Below are positions 35,560 to 48,184 of a DNA stretch of 48,184 bases, one piece after another (positions within the stretch are counted from its first letter, which is position 1; each line of letters opens with the position of its first letter). A model generated the notes under the pieces. It ran no database searches. It was not told the DNA's origin and saw only the letters and a program-made list of their open reading frames with translations. The stretch lies in NCBI GenBank assembly GCA_038214755.1, contig JBBQRQ010000032.1:1-48184 (forward strand), read 5' to 3'. Made by a program: the position numbers and the translations under genes. Origin of the DNA: Verrucomicrobiota bacterium (GTDB lineage Bacteria > Verrucomicrobiota > Verrucomicrobiia > Limisphaerales > CANJXF01).

Positions 35560-37722
35560 GTGCTCGCGCGCGCGAAATTTTTTTTCACGTTTGTCACATT
35601 GGTCATGGCGGCCGGGTGCTCAGAAAAAAATCAACAAACCAAAAACAATTTTGCTGTGGCTACAAACTCCTCCACCGAAATTCACGCGCACACCAATCGG
35701 CTTGCCCGCGAAAAATCGCCCTACCTCCTCCAGCACCAGCACAATCCGGTCGATTGGTTTGGCTGGGGCGACGAGGCGTTTGCCAAAGCGCGAGCGGAAA
35801 ATAAACCAATCTTTCTCAGCATAGGATATTCGACCTGCCATTGGTGCCACGTGATGGAACGTGAATCGTTCGAGGACGAAAAAATCGCGAAATTTCTCAA
35901 CGAACATTTCGTCAGCATCAAGGTGGATCGCGAAGAACGGCCTGACGTTGATAAAATTTATATGACCGCGGCGCAGGCGATGTCCGGGCAAGGCGGATGG
36001 CCTTTGAATTGTTTTCTCACGCCGGATTTGAAACCGTTTTTCGCCGGAACTTATTTTCCGCCCGAGAGCAAATACGGCCGCCCAAGTTTTTTGCAGTTGC
36101 TCCAACAAATCAGCGAGGTGTGGCGCACCCGGCCAAAAGACGTGGCGGCGTCCGCGCAAGCATTGCACGAAAAACTTGAGGGGTTTACCACCCAACAAAC
36201 TAATTCCAACATTCTTCTTTCGCCCGCGATTCTTTACAACGCCGCCGCGCAATTCAAAGAGGAGTTCGATCCCACCAATGGCGGATTCGGCGGCGCGCCA
36301 AAATTTCCGCGGCCGAGCCAGCCGCTGTTTCTCCTGCGCAACGGCGTCCGCCTTCACGACAATGAAGCCGTCAAAATGGTTTTGCTAACGTGCGATAAAA
36401 TGGCCGCTGGCGGGATGCATGATCAACTCGGCGGCGGATTCGCGCGCTACGCCGTCGATGCGGAATGGCTCGTGCCGCATTTCGAGAAAATGCTCTACGA
36501 CAACGCGCAACTGGCGAATCTCTACCTCGACGCCTTTCTCGTGAGCGGCGAGAAAAAATATGCGGACGTGGCGCGAGACATCATCACTTACGTGTTGCGA
36601 GACATGACGCATCCCGGCGGCGGATTTTTTTCCGCGGAAGACGCCGACAGCGAGGGCAAGGAAGGAAAATTTTATTGCTGGACGAAAAGCGTGTTGTCGA
36701 AGTTGCTCACGGTCGAGGAATTCAATGTCGCTGTTCGTTACTTCGGCATCACCGAGGATGGAAATTTCGTCGATCACAGCGATCCCCATCCCCTGCCCAA
36801 TCAAAATGTTTTGAGCATCGCCCATCCCGATTTGTCCGAAGCCGACAAACTACTTTTAGCTTCGGTGAAAAAGAAAATGTTCGCCGCGCGCTCGAAACGA
36901 ATTCGCCCGCATCTCGATGACAAGGTTTTGGCGTCATGGAATGGAATGATGCTCGGCGCAGTCGCGCGGGCTTACGCAATTCTGGGCGATGAAAAATATC
37001 GCGAAGCCGCCGAGAAAAATCTCACGTTCCTGCAAAACAAACTTTGGGACGCAAAAACCAAAACGCTTTACCACCGCTGGCGCGATGGCGAACGCGATTC
37101 CGTTCAACTGCTCGACGCCTATTCAGATTTGCTCGCGGGCGTGATTGATCTGTATGAAGCGACGCTGGAGCCGAAGCATTTGGATTTTGCGCTGGCGATT
37201 TCGGAGACAATGCTCGCAAAATTTTATGACGCGAAGGACGGCGGATTTTTTCAGAGCGCGGCTGACTCCAAAGACTTGATCCTGCGTGTCAAAGAAGATT
37301 ACGACGGCGCGGAGCCTTCGGGAAATTCGGTGGCCACGCTTGCTTTGCTGAAACTGGGAGCGATCACCGACAAAAAAGAATTTAAAACCGCCGCCGAAAA
37401 AACGCTGCGCCTCCTCGCCGATCGCCTGCAAAAACTTCCGCAAGCCGTGCCGCACGCGTTGATCGCGCTCGATTTTTACCTCGAAGAACCGAGACGCGCC
37501 GTCGTCGTCGGCGATCCCAAAACGAGCGAAACAAAATCTTTGTTGCGCGCGATCCATTCTGTTTATCAGCCGAACAAAGTTGTTCTTGGAAATGCCGGAG
37601 CCGTCGAGCCATTCGCCAAAAAATTACCAACAACAGATGCGCCGATTGTTTTTCTTTGCACCGGCACCGCGTGCCAGCCGCCCACTAAAGATTCTGAAAA
37701 GTTGAAACATTTATTGAAGTAG
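35560..37722 (+). CDS. YyaL/SSP411 thioredoxin-domain protein (DUF255)
   Basis: [45 protein letters not shown] and [10 protein letters not shown]. Start uncertain; GTG 35560 gives a lipobox-like AAGC. Confidence 0.92.
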   Translation: MLARAKFFFTFVTLVMAAGCSEKNQQTKNNFAVATNSSTEIHAHTNRLAREKSPYLLQHQHNPVDWFGWGDEAFAKARAENKPIFLSIGYSTCHWCHVMERESFEDEKIAKFLNEHFVSIKVDREERPDVDKIYMTAAQAMSGQGGWPLNCFLTPDLKPFFAGTYFPPESKYGRPSFLQLLQQISEVWRTRPKDVAASAQALHEKLEGFTTQQTNSNILLSPAILYNAAAQFKEEFDPTNGGFGGAPKFPRPSQPLFLLRNGVRLHDNEAVKMVLLTCDKMAAGGMHDQLGGGFARYAVDAEWLVPHFEKMLYDNAQLANLYLDAFLVSGEKKYADVARDIITYVLRDMTHPGGGFFSAEDADSEGKEGKFYCWTKSVLSKLLTVEEFNVAVRYFGITEDGNFVDHSDPHPLPNQNVLSIAHPDLSEADKLLLASVKKKMFAARSKRIRPHLDDKVLASWNGMMLGAVARAYAILGDEKYREAAEKNLTFLQNKLWDAKTKTLYHRWRDGERDSVQLLDAYSDLLAGVIDLYEATLEPKHLDFALAISETMLAKFYDAKDGGFFQSAADSKDLILRVKEDYDGAEPSGNSVATLALLKLGAITDKKEFKTAAEKTLRLLADRLQKLPQAVPHALIALDFYLEEPRRAVVVGDPKTSETKSLLRAIHSVYQPNKVVLGNAGAVEPFAKKLPTTDAPIVFLCTGTACQPPTKDSEKLKHLLK

Positions 37723-37750
37723 TTACCGCGAACAGCTACGAAATTTGCTC

Positions 37751-39295
37751 ATGCACAATTCTCTCGCTGGTCTCTGCATTGGAATGGCAGGGCACGTCAC
37801 TCCGTTCGCGCCGCAAACTCATCGAAACCAACGACGGCGCGCACGGAGTGACGCGCCCTACCTCGCGTCTTTCCTTTTACTTTTCACAATTTTTCTTGGC
37901 GTAAATCCCGCCGTCGCCGAAAAGAAATCTGACATGCGCCCCAACATTCTCTATTGCCTGGCCGATGATTGGGCCTGGCCCCACGCGGGAGTTTACGGCG
38001 ACAAAATCATTAAAACCCCTAACTTCGACCGCGTCGCCCGCAGCGGCTGTTTGTTCACGCGCGCTTTTTCCGCCGCGCCGTCGTGCACACCATCGCGCGC
38101 CGCCATGTTGACTGGACGCGCTGTGCATCAACTCGAAGAAGGGGCAAATCTGCACGGATTTCTACCGCGCAAATTTCAAGTTTCTCCGAATCTGTTGGAG
38201 AAGGCGGGATACTCCGTCGGGTTCACGGGCAAAGGTTGGGGGCCGGGGAATTTTCAAGCAGGCGAACGCACGCGCAATCCAGCGGGTCCGCAGTTTAAAA
38301 ATTTTGAGACGTTTTTGAAAACCGTTCCGAGCGATCAACCATTTTGCTTTTGGTTCGGCAGCCACGAGCCGCATCGCCCCTACGAAAAAGGCTCCGGCAA
38401 AAACGCGGGAATGAAAATCAAGGATGTTATTGTTCCTCCCTTTTGGCCGGACACACTGGAAGTGCGCAGCGACATTCTCGATTACTACGTCGAGGCGCAG
38501 CAATTCGATTCGCAAGTCGGCGAACTGCTGGCCTTGCTCGAAGCGCGCGGACAAATCGAGAACACAATCGTGGTGATCAGCGGCGACAACGGCTGGCCAT
38601 TTCCGCGCGGCAAAGCGAATCTCTACAATGCCGGCACACATCAACCGCTGGCCATTTCCTGGCCGAAGAAATTTCGCGGGGGCAATACCAGCGATGCCTT
38701 CGTCAATTTATACGATCTCGCTCCAACGTTCTTGGACGCGGCTGGTGTGTCCGTGCCGAAAGAAATGGTCGGGCGCAGTCTGCTCGATTTGCTTGACGGA
38801 AAATCGGATCGCGGTTGGGACAAAGTTTTTTTGGAACGCGAGCGTCACGCTAATGCGCGCAAGGGCGATTTGAGTTATCCTGCGCGCGCCATTCGCACGA
38901 AAGATTTTCTCTACATCCGCAACTTTCGCCCCGACCGCTGGCCCGCCGGCGATCCGGAAATGTGGAAAGCGGTCGGACCCTTCGGCGATTGCGATGCGTC
39001 GCCGACCAAGCAACTCATCCTCGACAATCGCGACCAGCCGGAGATGAAAAAGTTTTTCCAACTCTGTTTTGAGAAACGTCCCGCCGAAGAACTTTACGAT
39101 CTGGCGCACGATCCGCACGAGATTACAAACGTCGCCGACCACCCGGAATTTGCCAAAGCCAAAAAGAAACTTCGCGCTGAACTGGACAAATGGTTGCGCG
39201 AAACCGGAGACCCACGCGCTCTCCATGACGATGATCGTTGGGACAGATTTCCGTATTTTGGAGCGGAACCCAAATCGGCCAAGTCAAATAAGTAA
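37751..39295 (+). CDS. Formylglycine-dependent sulfatase (sulfamidase-like), secreted
   Basis: PNIL...DD, CTPSRAAMLTG, GKG, PHRPY, SGDNG and ELYDL...DPHE. Start uncertain because a REP pair lies in the N-terminus. Confidence 0.93.
   Translation: MHNSLAGLCIGMAGHVTPFAPQTHRNQRRRARSDAPYLASFLLLFTIFLGVNPAVAEKKSDMRPNILYCLADDWAWPHAGVYGDKIIKTPNFDRVARSGCLFTRAFSAAPSCTPSRAAMLTGRAVHQLEEGANLHGFLPRKFQVSPNLLEKAGYSVGFTGKGWGPGNFQAGERTRNPAGPQFKNFETFLKTVPSDQPFCFWFGSHEPHRPYEKGSGKNAGMKIKDVIVPPFWPDTLEVRSDILDYYVEAQQFDSQVGELLALLEARGQIENTIVVISGDNGWPFPRGKANLYNAGTHQPLAISWPKKFRGGNTSDAFVNLYDLAPTFLDAAGVSVPKEMVGRSLLDLLDGKSDRGWDKVFLERERHANARKGDLSYPARAIRTKDFLYIRNFRPDRWPAGDPEMWKAVGPFGDCDASPTKQLILDNRDQPEMKKFFQLCFEKRPAEELYDLAHDPHEITNVADHPEFAKAKKKLRAELDKWLRETGDPRALHDDDRWDRFPYFGAEPKSAKSNK
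37786..37862. repeat. GTAG-type REP inverted pair in the sulfatase 5' region
   Basis: GGCAGGGCACGTCACTCCGTTCGCGCCG (37786-37813) is nearly complementary to CGGCGCGCACGGAGTGACGCGCCCTACC (37835-37862). Confidence 0.8.
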
Positions 39296-39298
39296 TTT

Positions 39299-40066
39299 AT
39301 GTTCAGCTTAAAAAATAAAACCGCGCTCGTGACGGGCGCGGGCTCTGGCATTGGCGCGGCCATCGCCCAAAGTTTTGCGGCGGCCGGCGCATTTGTTTTC
39401 GTGACGGATCGCGATACGGCCGGAGGTAAAAACACGGTTGAAAAAATAAATTCCGAGAACGGGCAGGCGGATTTTCTCTCTCTCGATGTCACCGATGAAG
39501 AGGCTTGTCAAAAAATCGCTCGACAAGTTCATGCGGAAAAATCGCGTCTGGATATTCTCGTTAACAACGCGGGCATCGGACACGTCGGAACAATTTTGCA
39601 GACGAGTGGCGCGGATTTCGACCGGCTTTACTCGGTGAATGTGCGCGGGGTTTTCAATGTCACAAAAGTTTTTCTTCCCGGAATGCTGGCGCAAAAAAAT
39701 GGAGTGATTGTCAATCTCGCGTCCATCGGCGGCATCGTGGGGATGCGCGATCGGCTAGCGTATTGCGCGACAAAATTTGCGGTGGTCGGGATTACCAAAT
39801 CCATGGCGCTCGATCATGCGATGCAGGGAATTCGGGTGAACTGTATTTGTCCGGGTCGCGTTGAAACGCCCTTCGTGGCCGCGCGCTTAAAAGAATATCC
39901 CGATCCGAAAAAAGCGTACGAGGAAATGTCAGCGACGCAGGCGGTCGGTCGCATGGGCAAGCCGGAGGAAATCGCGGCGGCGGCGCTCTATCTCGCGAGT
40001 GACGAGGCGAAGTTTATCACGGGCAGCGCGCTGATGATTGATGGCGGTTGGAGCGCGGGGAAATAA
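39299..40066 (+). CDS. SDR-family oxidoreductase
   Basis: TGAGSGIG, NNAG, YCATK, ICPG and IDGG. Confidence 0.95.
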   Translation: MFSLKNKTALVTGAGSGIGAAIAQSFAAAGAFVFVTDRDTAGGKNTVEKINSENGQADFLSLDVTDEEACQKIARQVHAEKSRLDILVNNAGIGHVGTILQTSGADFDRLYSVNVRGVFNVTKVFLPGMLAQKNGVIVNLASIGGIVGMRDRLAYCATKFAVVGITKSMALDHAMQGIRVNCICPGRVETPFVAARLKEYPDPKKAYEEMSATQAVGRMGKPEEIAAAALYLASDEAKFITGSALMIDGGWSAGK

Positions 40067-40145
40067 TCTTTGCGGAACGAATTTCATTTCAGAGCGCGGG
40101 AAACCCAAACTTGATTGCTTTTGTCGCAGCCGATAAGGTTGCCCT

Positions 40146-40316
40146 ATGACTGCTGTTGCTGAAATTGAAGCCGCAATTGAACGGTTGTCTTCGCACGAAG
40201 TGAAAGAAATCGCTGCATGGCTCGAGGAATATCAACAGATGATCAACGCATCCGCCGAGATATTTTCGATGTACGATCGCGAGGAAGGGCAAGCGAAAGA
40301 AAATGCCGAAAGCTAA
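40146..40316 (+). CDS. Small putative antitoxin (56 aa, absent from the ORF track)
   Basis: Manual translation gives MTAVAEIEAAIERLSSHEVKEIAAWLEEYQQMINASAEIFSMYDREEGQAKENAES. Acidic, and overlaps the toxin start by 14 nt. Confidence 0.72.
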   Translation: MTAVAEIEAAIERLSSHEVKEIAAWLEEYQQMINASAEIFSMYDREEGQAKENAES

Positions 40317-40629
40317 CCGGGGCGAAATCTGGCTCATTGATCTTGGTCTCGTGCAGAAAGTGCGACCTTGCCTGATTCTCAGCATCGATTTCTTGGACCA
40401 TGAACGCGCCGTTGTTACCTACGTGCCTCGCACGACCAGCGTCCGTGACACTCGCTTTGAAATCCGGCACACCGCCCCACAATTTGAACTCGGAGCTTTC
40501 GATGCCCAAGGAATTGGAGGCGTCCCAGTAGCAAAATTAGTCCGACGGCTGGGCGTAATTAGCTCTCAGGATTTGGAAAAAATTGAACAAGCCGTTAAAG
40601 CCTGGCTTGGTTTTCAAAAACTTTCTTAA
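40303..40629 (+). CDS. PemK/MazF-family toxin
   Basis: RGEIWLIDLG...KVRPCLILS...VPRTT. Confidence 0.88.
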   Translation: MPKANRGEIWLIDLGLVQKVRPCLILSIDFLDHERAVVTYVPRTTSVRDTRFEIRHTAPQFELGAFDAQGIGGVPVAKLVRRLGVISSQDLEKIEQAVKAWLGFQKLS

Positions 40630-40638
40630 TTTATCAAT

Positions 40639-41943
40639 TTATTTTCGCCCACTTTCCTCATTCGACAACTCCGGCAAAAATAAACAGACTGCCGCCCCTG
40701 CCAAAAACAAAAAGCCAATTGCCATCAAGGTCGTTTGGAAATCGACTTTGAGATACAGACCGAACAGAACTGTGCCCAGAGCCGCAGCAACTCGTCCGAT
40801 GTTGAAACAAAATCCAGCGCCGGTCGTGCGGAGTAACGTCGGAAAAAGCGGCGGCAGATACATCGTAAATAAGCCGAACATGCCGGAAAAAAATCCGATG
40901 ATGGGGAGCCAAAGCAAAAGCGAGTGATGATCGCGCGGGACCGAATACGTTCCGTAAAACGCGAGAAAAAATCCAAGACACATCCAGAGAATCGTTCGCC
41001 GGTAGCCGAGAAAAGTTGCCAGCCATGAGGAGAAGAAATTTCCACCGATGGAAACAGCGACGACAGAAAAAAATGCTTTGGTGACGAGCTGACGCTTTTC
41101 CGATTCGGTCCAGTTCGCCAGTTCGGGCAGACTTCGCAAATGTTGCGGATGCCAAAACATGAAGGCCCACCAGCCGCTTAAAGTGAGAGCGCAAATCGCA
41201 ATGCTCGTCAAAGTTGAGTAACGAACTTTTCCACGAAACAAATCAGCCACCGACGGTTCGCTTTGCGCGGCTGATTTTGCTGCGCGCCATTCCTCTGGCT
41301 CGGGAACATTTTTTCGAATCCAAAAAACCATGAGCGCGGGAATGACTCCGACCAAAAAAACAAAACGTTCGGGCCGGTGAGCGAGCGCGTAGGCTGCGAC
41401 GCACGCGAGCAGCACGCCGAGGTTGACGCCGGTTTGCAAAACTCCGGCGATCCACGGACGCCATTTTTTCGGCCACGTTTCCGACAAGAGACTTGCGCCG
41501 ACCGCCCATTCGCCGCCAATGCCGAGCGCGGCGAGAAAACGGCAAATTAAAAGTTGCCACCACGTCGTGACAAAAAAGGAAAGTCCAGTGAAGCAAGCGT
41601 AAGTCAAAATCGTCAGGCTCAACGCCCGGCTGCGTCCGAGTTTGTCGCCGAGCCGCCCGAAAAATCCGCCACCCAGCGCCCAGCCGATTAAAAACGCCGC
41701 CTGAATCCAGGAACTTTTTTCTTTCACGAGGGCATCCGCCGGGTTGGAGAGTCCCATCAGATGCGCAACGAATGGCGCGGCCACGAGCGTATAGAGGTGC
41801 ATGTCCAATCCATCGAAGAGCCAGCCGAGCCACGCTGCGATTCCGGATTTCCATTGTTGTGGAGATAACTCTCGCAAGCGCGTTTTTTGTCGGTCCGCAG
41901 GCCGAGGGCCGGGAGCAATCAGAGGTTTTTCTGCCGGGATCAT
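40639..41943 (-). CDS. MFS transporter
   Basis: GWLFDGLD, GRLGDKLGR, GIGGEW, E...PKKWR and LFPTLLRTTG. About 12 TM segments. Confidence 0.92.
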   Translation of the reverse strand: MIPAEKPLIAPGPRPADRQKTRLRELSPQQWKSGIAAWLGWLFDGLDMHLYTLVAAPFVAHLMGLSNPADALVKEKSSWIQAAFLIGWALGGGFFGRLGDKLGRSRALSLTILTYACFTGLSFFVTTWWQLLICRFLAALGIGGEWAVGASLLSETWPKKWRPWIAGVLQTGVNLGVLLACVAAYALAHRPERFVFLVGVIPALMVFWIRKNVPEPEEWRAAKSAAQSEPSVADLFRGKVRYSTLTSIAICALTLSGWWAFMFWHPQHLRSLPELANWTESEKRQLVTKAFFSVVAVSIGGNFFSSWLATFLGYRRTILWMCLGFFLAFYGTYSVPRDHHSLLLWLPIIGFFSGMFGLFTMYLPPLFPTLLRTTGAGFCFNIGRVAAALGTVLFGLYLKVDFQTTLMAIGFLFLAGAAVCLFLPELSNEESGRK

Positions 41944-42048
41944 GTTTCGTGGCGACGGCTTATCCTAAGTCTGTCGCGACAAGAAACGAAACAGAATTCT
42001 GGCTTTCCGTGCTGGATTTTCCTTTGGCCGTTTTGATACATTGCTCCC

Positions 42049-42804
42049 ATGTTCCGCGAGCGAGAGAAAGTTTTCCGTTCCATCCCAGGATTTACTTTAA
42101 TTGAATTGCTCGTCGTGATTGCCATCATCGCGATCCTCGCTGCGCTGCTCCTTCCCACGCTGGCGAAGGCGAAGGAGAAGGCCCGTGAGATTCATTGCAT
42201 CAATAATTTCAAACAGCTTCAGTACGGTTTCATCATGTACGTCGGCGAAAACCGGGATTTCCTTCCACCAAATTATGCGTTGTTCATTGGGGGCGAGCCT
42301 TACAGTGACACCAATTCCTGGGTTTTAGGAAACGCCAAAGTTTCAACCAATGAAAGCGATCTCAAGAACGGCGTGCTTTATTCCTATGTGGGTGGAGTGG
42401 GAGCCTACAAATGTCCGGCCGATCAATCGTTGGGGCGAGGGACTAAAATTCCTCGCCTCAGAAGTTGCGCGCTAAATCAATATATGACTCTGGACGGCTC
42501 GCCGGGCGTTTTGGCGAAAAGCTTGCAGATCCGAACCAACGCGCAGGTTTTTGTCTTTGTCGATGAGGAGGAAAACAGCATCGAAGACGGAAATTTTGGG
42601 ACGTGGCGTTCGCCCAACACGACTTGGTTGAACATGCCTTCCGGCCGACACAATCAAGGCGCGATTTGGAGCTTCGCCGATGGCCATGTTGAAAAAGCAA
42701 AATGGCGCTGGAGGAAAAACTTTTCGGGCTATAACCAAAGTGTCGCCAACTCTCAAGACCAACAGGACCTACAACGAGTGCAACGGGCGTTACCGAACCT
42801 CTGA
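42049..42804 (+). CDS. Prepilin-type N-terminal cleavage/methylation protein with H-X9-DG motif
   Basis: [35 protein letters not shown] and [13 protein letters not shown]. Confidence 0.92.
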   Translation: MFREREKVFRSIPGFTLIELLVVIAIIAILAALLLPTLAKAKEKAREIHCINNFKQLQYGFIMYVGENRDFLPPNYALFIGGEPYSDTNSWVLGNAKVSTNESDLKNGVLYSYVGGVGAYKCPADQSLGRGTKIPRLRSCALNQYMTLDGSPGVLAKSLQIRTNAQVFVFVDEEENSIEDGNFGTWRSPNTTWLNMPSGRHNQGAIWSFADGHVEKAKWRWRKNFSGYNQSVANSQDQQDLQRVQRALPNL

Positions 42805-42815
42805 AATTCGAAATG

Positions 42816-44353
<1,538 letters not shown>

Positions 44354-44357
<4 letters not shown>

Positions 44358-46969
44358 TTTGCGGCGGCAGTTTCTTTTATTTCAGGAGCTGGATTCACGA
44401 TGAATTGAATACCTGGCGCGCGAAGCTCGAATTTTCTTCCGTTCACCTCGGCTGTTCCAAGGACCGTCAATGTGTTTGTGCCGGGCTTGGTTTTCGCCGA
44501 CGCATTTAATTTAAAATTCGCCTCCGTTACGCCGCGCAGCAGATTGGTTGAACTCGCCGCCACCCCCTCGGGCAACCCTTCGAGCGTCAGATGAATTTCT
44601 TCGGAGAACAAACCGCGCCGCTGCGTTTTGACAGAAAACTCCGCCTCGCTTGCTGTCGCGTTGGTCACGCCGGGCGCGGGCGTCGTCACGGCGAGACGCG
44701 GCAATGAATTCTCCAAAACAAATGGAAATTCGCTAATGCGCAGCGCCATGGGTCGACTGAATTCGACAACCGGTTGTCCATTCACTGTTCCCTCTCCGCG
44801 AACAAAGATGGGTCGCGTGCCTGTTTCCGAATCCATTTTTGCTTTCAAAGAAATTTCGGCGCGCGTCATGTTGGTCGGAACGGCGGCGGCGCTGACTTCC
44901 AAACTTTTTGTGCTCGGATCGTTCCCAGCGGAAAAACCTTCCACAGAAATTTTTACTTCGCCGCTGAAACCAGGACGACGCTCCACTTCTGCAAAAACTT
45001 TCGTCGATTGATTTTGCTCCACATTTGCGGCCAGCGTGACCCAATCCACCGTGAACGGCGCTGGCTCCAGCACCGTGAGATACGCGGCGCCAACCGTCCG
45101 TCCCGTGACTTTTCTTTCGCGCCCACGCTTGTCACGCGCGGTGGGTTTGCTGCCGGAAACGGATTGGAGCGCGCGTGTTTCTCTTTTCCCATTGATCGCG
45201 GCGACCGCTTTTAATTCGAGCGGCACCGAACCCAATTTCGCGGCGTCGGTCGCGTTGAAACAAAGCAGACCGGTTGGAAATTCGGCAGGAATAATTAACG
45301 GCGAACAAGTCACGCCATCGGGCAAATCTTCCGCGACGATTTCGATGCCGCTGTCCACTCCGCTGCGGGTGACTTCGACTCGCGCAATCGTTCGACCGCC
45401 GCGATTCAGGCGAACGGTGTCGGTTAAAATTTTTGCGCTGAAATCCGGGCGTGGCGGAGGAGTGGCGGACAAGCGATAACCGAAATTATCTCCACCACGC
45501 CGCAGAAGATCGCGCACAGAAATAAAATATTCTCCGGCCTCGCTAAAAGTTTGATCGATCCGCGCGTCCGCGCCCATCGCGTCATCGTTTTGCTGGAGGA
45601 CATTTCCTTTCGCATCCGTCAGCGTCAAAAGGGGATCGAGTCTCGCTCCAAATCGGCGGGCGAAAATTTCAAAAATAAAACGCTGGCCTTTTTCCACTTT
45701 GAATTTGAAAACGTCCACGTCGTTTTCTTTGGCGATTTGTCCATTGGCATTTCCGGGCAGCGAAATAGAAGTGGCGTTGGTGGCGGTGTCGTTTGGCTCC
45801 ATCTCAAAAAAATCTGGAGACAGACTGACCTCAAACTGTCGAGCGTTGGAAATACCTTTCGCGGTATGAGCGCGAATTTCCTGGGGCCCGCTCGGCGCGT
45901 TCGCGTCAATCGATAGTTTCATCTGTTCCGCACCATCGAGGTTCACTCCGCTCAACGCCAGATCGACTGGCTTTCCACGCTGGCCACCGAATGGAAAAAA
46001 AGATTCGAGATAAGGAATCGCGCCGATGGTCAGGTGATAATTATAGGGATCGCCGCCGCGATGTTGGAAATCGCGAAGCGTCACAAAAAATTCTCCATCG
46101 GCGGGCACTTGAAATTGGATGAACGAATCAAATCCGTTGGCGTCTTCGTTACGGACAACTTCTTTGCCCGTCGAATCCAAAATTGCCAGAGAAGAATCGA
46201 GCGCGGAGCCGAGCCGATTGGCTTGCACATCGAGAATGAAATGTTCGCCTTTCTTCGCTTTTAATTTGAAAAAATCGGTTTGATCCGCTTCGCCAACTTT
46301 TCCATTGATGCCGACGGGCAAACTAATTTCCTGCGCGTTGGTCAAAGAATGTTTTCCGCCGCTCTCCAAAATTTCTGGCGTGTCCGTGATGCGAACGGTC
46401 AATGGATTTGAAACGCCGTCCGGTGAAATGACACGAATCTCCTGCGAACCGAGCGCGGTTTCGGAAGCCACAGTCAATTTTGCAGTCAGACGTTTGTCGT
46501 CATTGACTGCGCCCGTCGAAAAAATATTTGCGCCGCTGGACTCCAAACGAACCGCCGGCTTCGATGGCGGCGCGATGATCGCGCTCACACCTTCCTCGCC
46601 GCTGAAAGCGAACTCATTGATCCTGGAAAGATTTGCTCCGACCAAAATGATTTCCACAGTCGCGCCGCGTTGAATCCATTTGGGCGAAATGGAGGTGAGT
46701 TTCGGGATGGGTTGAGCGGTTGCAGCGAAAGAGATAAATAGAATCGCGACGAGAACTTTGAAAAGTACACGCCGGGTAGCATCTGCCTCTGGCGGGTGCG
46801 TAAGGACTGGTTTTTGTTCCCCATGAAAAAGATGAACTCCGAAATGAATCCTTTCGCACCCGCCAGAGGCAGATGCTACCCGGAAGTTTTTTCGCACCCG
46901 CCGGAGGCAGATGCTACCCCACGATGGCGAAACGTTTCCTCTCATCGCGACAATTCTTGGCTCAGCCAA
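44354..46969 (-). CDS. Secreted PPC (pre-peptidase C-terminal) domain protein
   Basis: Two PPC-like units (DFFKL...[10 protein letters not shown]...NED; DVFKF...[11 protein letters not shown]...NDD) and EMEPND. Start uncertain (TTG 46969 or ATG 46945). Confidence 0.82.
46774..46919. repeat. Three copies of the GGGTAGCATCTGCCTC REP
   Basis: One copy at 46774-46800 and two inverted copies at 46855-46881 and 46893-46919. Same family as 44172-44332. Confidence 0.9.
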
Positions 46970-48182
46970 ACAAAGTTGTGACCGGTTCGGCTTGGACGAG
47001 TTCTCGCGGCTGGTTGAGATGATTCAAGACCATCGTGTGCGGATCGATGCCGAGCGCGTGATAAAGCGTCGCCAGAATTTGCGTCGGATGAACGGGGTTT
47101 TCGGCGGGCGATGAACCGGTCGCGTCGGATTTTCCGTGAAGCGCGCCGCGTTTAATTCCCGCTCCAGCAATCAGTGCCGTGTAACAATATGGCCAATGGT
47201 CGCGGCCATCGGGCGCATTTCCATTTCCAGAAGTGCTGACGCCGAGACGCGGTGAGCGACCGAACTCGCCAATCGCAACAACCAAAGTTTCTTTGAGCAA
47301 ACCGCGTTGATCCAAATCTTCGAGCAGCGTGGACAAACCGCTATCAAGCTTCGGGCAATGCAAATCGCGAAGCGGACCGAAATTCGCCGCGTGCGTGTCC
47401 CAGGCATCGACGGTTGGATTTCCGTTGGCGACCGCGGGCCAATTCATCTGCACAAATTTTGTTCCGGCTTCGACGAGGCGACGCGCGAGCAAACAACCCT
47501 GGCCAAAAGTATGGCGGCCATATTTGTCGCGCAGTTCGGTTTTCTCCTGGGACAAGTCGAACGCGTTGCGCGCCTGGCCGGAGAGAATCAGATCAAACGC
47601 TTTTTGGTAATAGCTATTGAGCGCATATTTCTCGACCGCCTTTTGCATTTCGGGCATTTGCGATTCCACTTTTTTCAAAAGCGATTGGCGGCGCTCCATG
47701 CGGTCCTTGGAAATTCCGCTGCGCAAGCTTAGGTCATCCAGTTTCGTTTCGGTGTTTGGGTCCTGATAAAAATAATACGGGTCATACGCCGCGCCGAGAA
47801 ATCCCGCCGTGCCGCCTTTTCCCACTACGCCGCTTTCCTGCAATGGGCGGGGCAACATCACGAAGGGCAACATCGGAATGTCCGATGGGCGCAGCTTCAC
47901 CACTTGCGAACCCATGTGCGGAAAATCATTCGGGGCGGGCGGTTCGAGTTGGCCGGAGGGCGAGACGCGGTCGGGCGTGTAACCGGTCATCATCTGATAA
48001 ATTGCGGCAGTATGATTGAACAAACCAGCGGGCGTGTAACTGACCGAGCGAATCAGCGTCGCCTTGTCCATTTGTTTGGCGAGCTTGGGCATGACTTCGC
48101 TGAGCCAGATGCCGGGGACGTTGGATTTAATGGATTTGAATTCGCCGCGCACATTCGACGGGGCGTCCGGTTTCGGGTCCCA
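46962..48182 (-). CDS. DUF1501-family protein (5' end outside the window)
   Basis: WDPKPDAP...[30 protein letters not shown] and LGIDP. Confidence 0.92.
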   Translation of the reverse strand, partial: WDPKPDAPSNVRGEFKSIKSNVPGIWLSEVMPKLAKQMDKATLIRSVSYTPAGLFNHTAAIYQMMTGYTPDRVSPSGQLEPPAPNDFPHMGSQVVKLRPSDIPMLPFVMLPRPLQESGVVGKGGTAGFLGAAYDPYYFYQDPNTETKLDDLSLRSGISKDRMERRQSLLKKVESQMPEMQKAVEKYALNSYYQKAFDLILSGQARNAFDLSQEKTELRDKYGRHTFGQGCLLARRLVEAGTKFVQMNWPAVANGNPTVDAWDTHAANFGPLRDLHCPKLDSGLSTLLEDLDQRGLLKETLVVAIGEFGRSPRLGVSTSGNGNAPDGRDHWPYCYTALIAGAGIKRGALHGKSDATGSSPAENPVHPTQILATLYHALGIDPHTMVLNHLNQPRELVQAEPVTTLFG

Positions 48183-48184
48183 AA

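Overview
48 kb of a bacterial chromosome, most likely Verrucomicrobiota (Pedosphaera/Limisphaera-like). This assignment is inferred from the GloVer-repeat protein, H-X9-DG prepilin-like genes, the DUF1501/PPC/cytochrome c-WD40 cluster and the repeat families. The window opens on a complete IS481-like insertion sequence and a hicBA module. The most striking locus (2060-9072) encodes an apparently complete transmembrane redox chain: a membrane-anchored FAD/NAD(P)H/2Fe-2S reductase, a protein fusing two cyclic-nucleotide-binding domains to four 4Fe-4S motifs, a di-heme-b-type membrane protein, a membrane-anchored decaheme cytochrome c with a duplicated 4-Cys N-terminal motif, and a divergent tetraheme cytochrome. 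Other content: mnmE, uppP, a ROK kinase, a CusRS-like two-component system with a CusR-box-like palindrome and TolC, a translationally coupled lplT-lnt-aas operon, a SCO protein, a probable FecR/nucleotide-cyclase deletion junction, YyaL, a sulfatase, an SDR, an MFS transporter, secreted proteins and three toxin-antitoxin loci (one with a truncated toxin). The window is dense in palindromic REP-like and heptamer repeats. Three MITEs with flanking direct repeats each carry a REP pair, and several repeats are read through in frame inside genes. No tRNA, rRNA or CRISPR array was seen. All product calls come from motif recognition by eye, not database searches.
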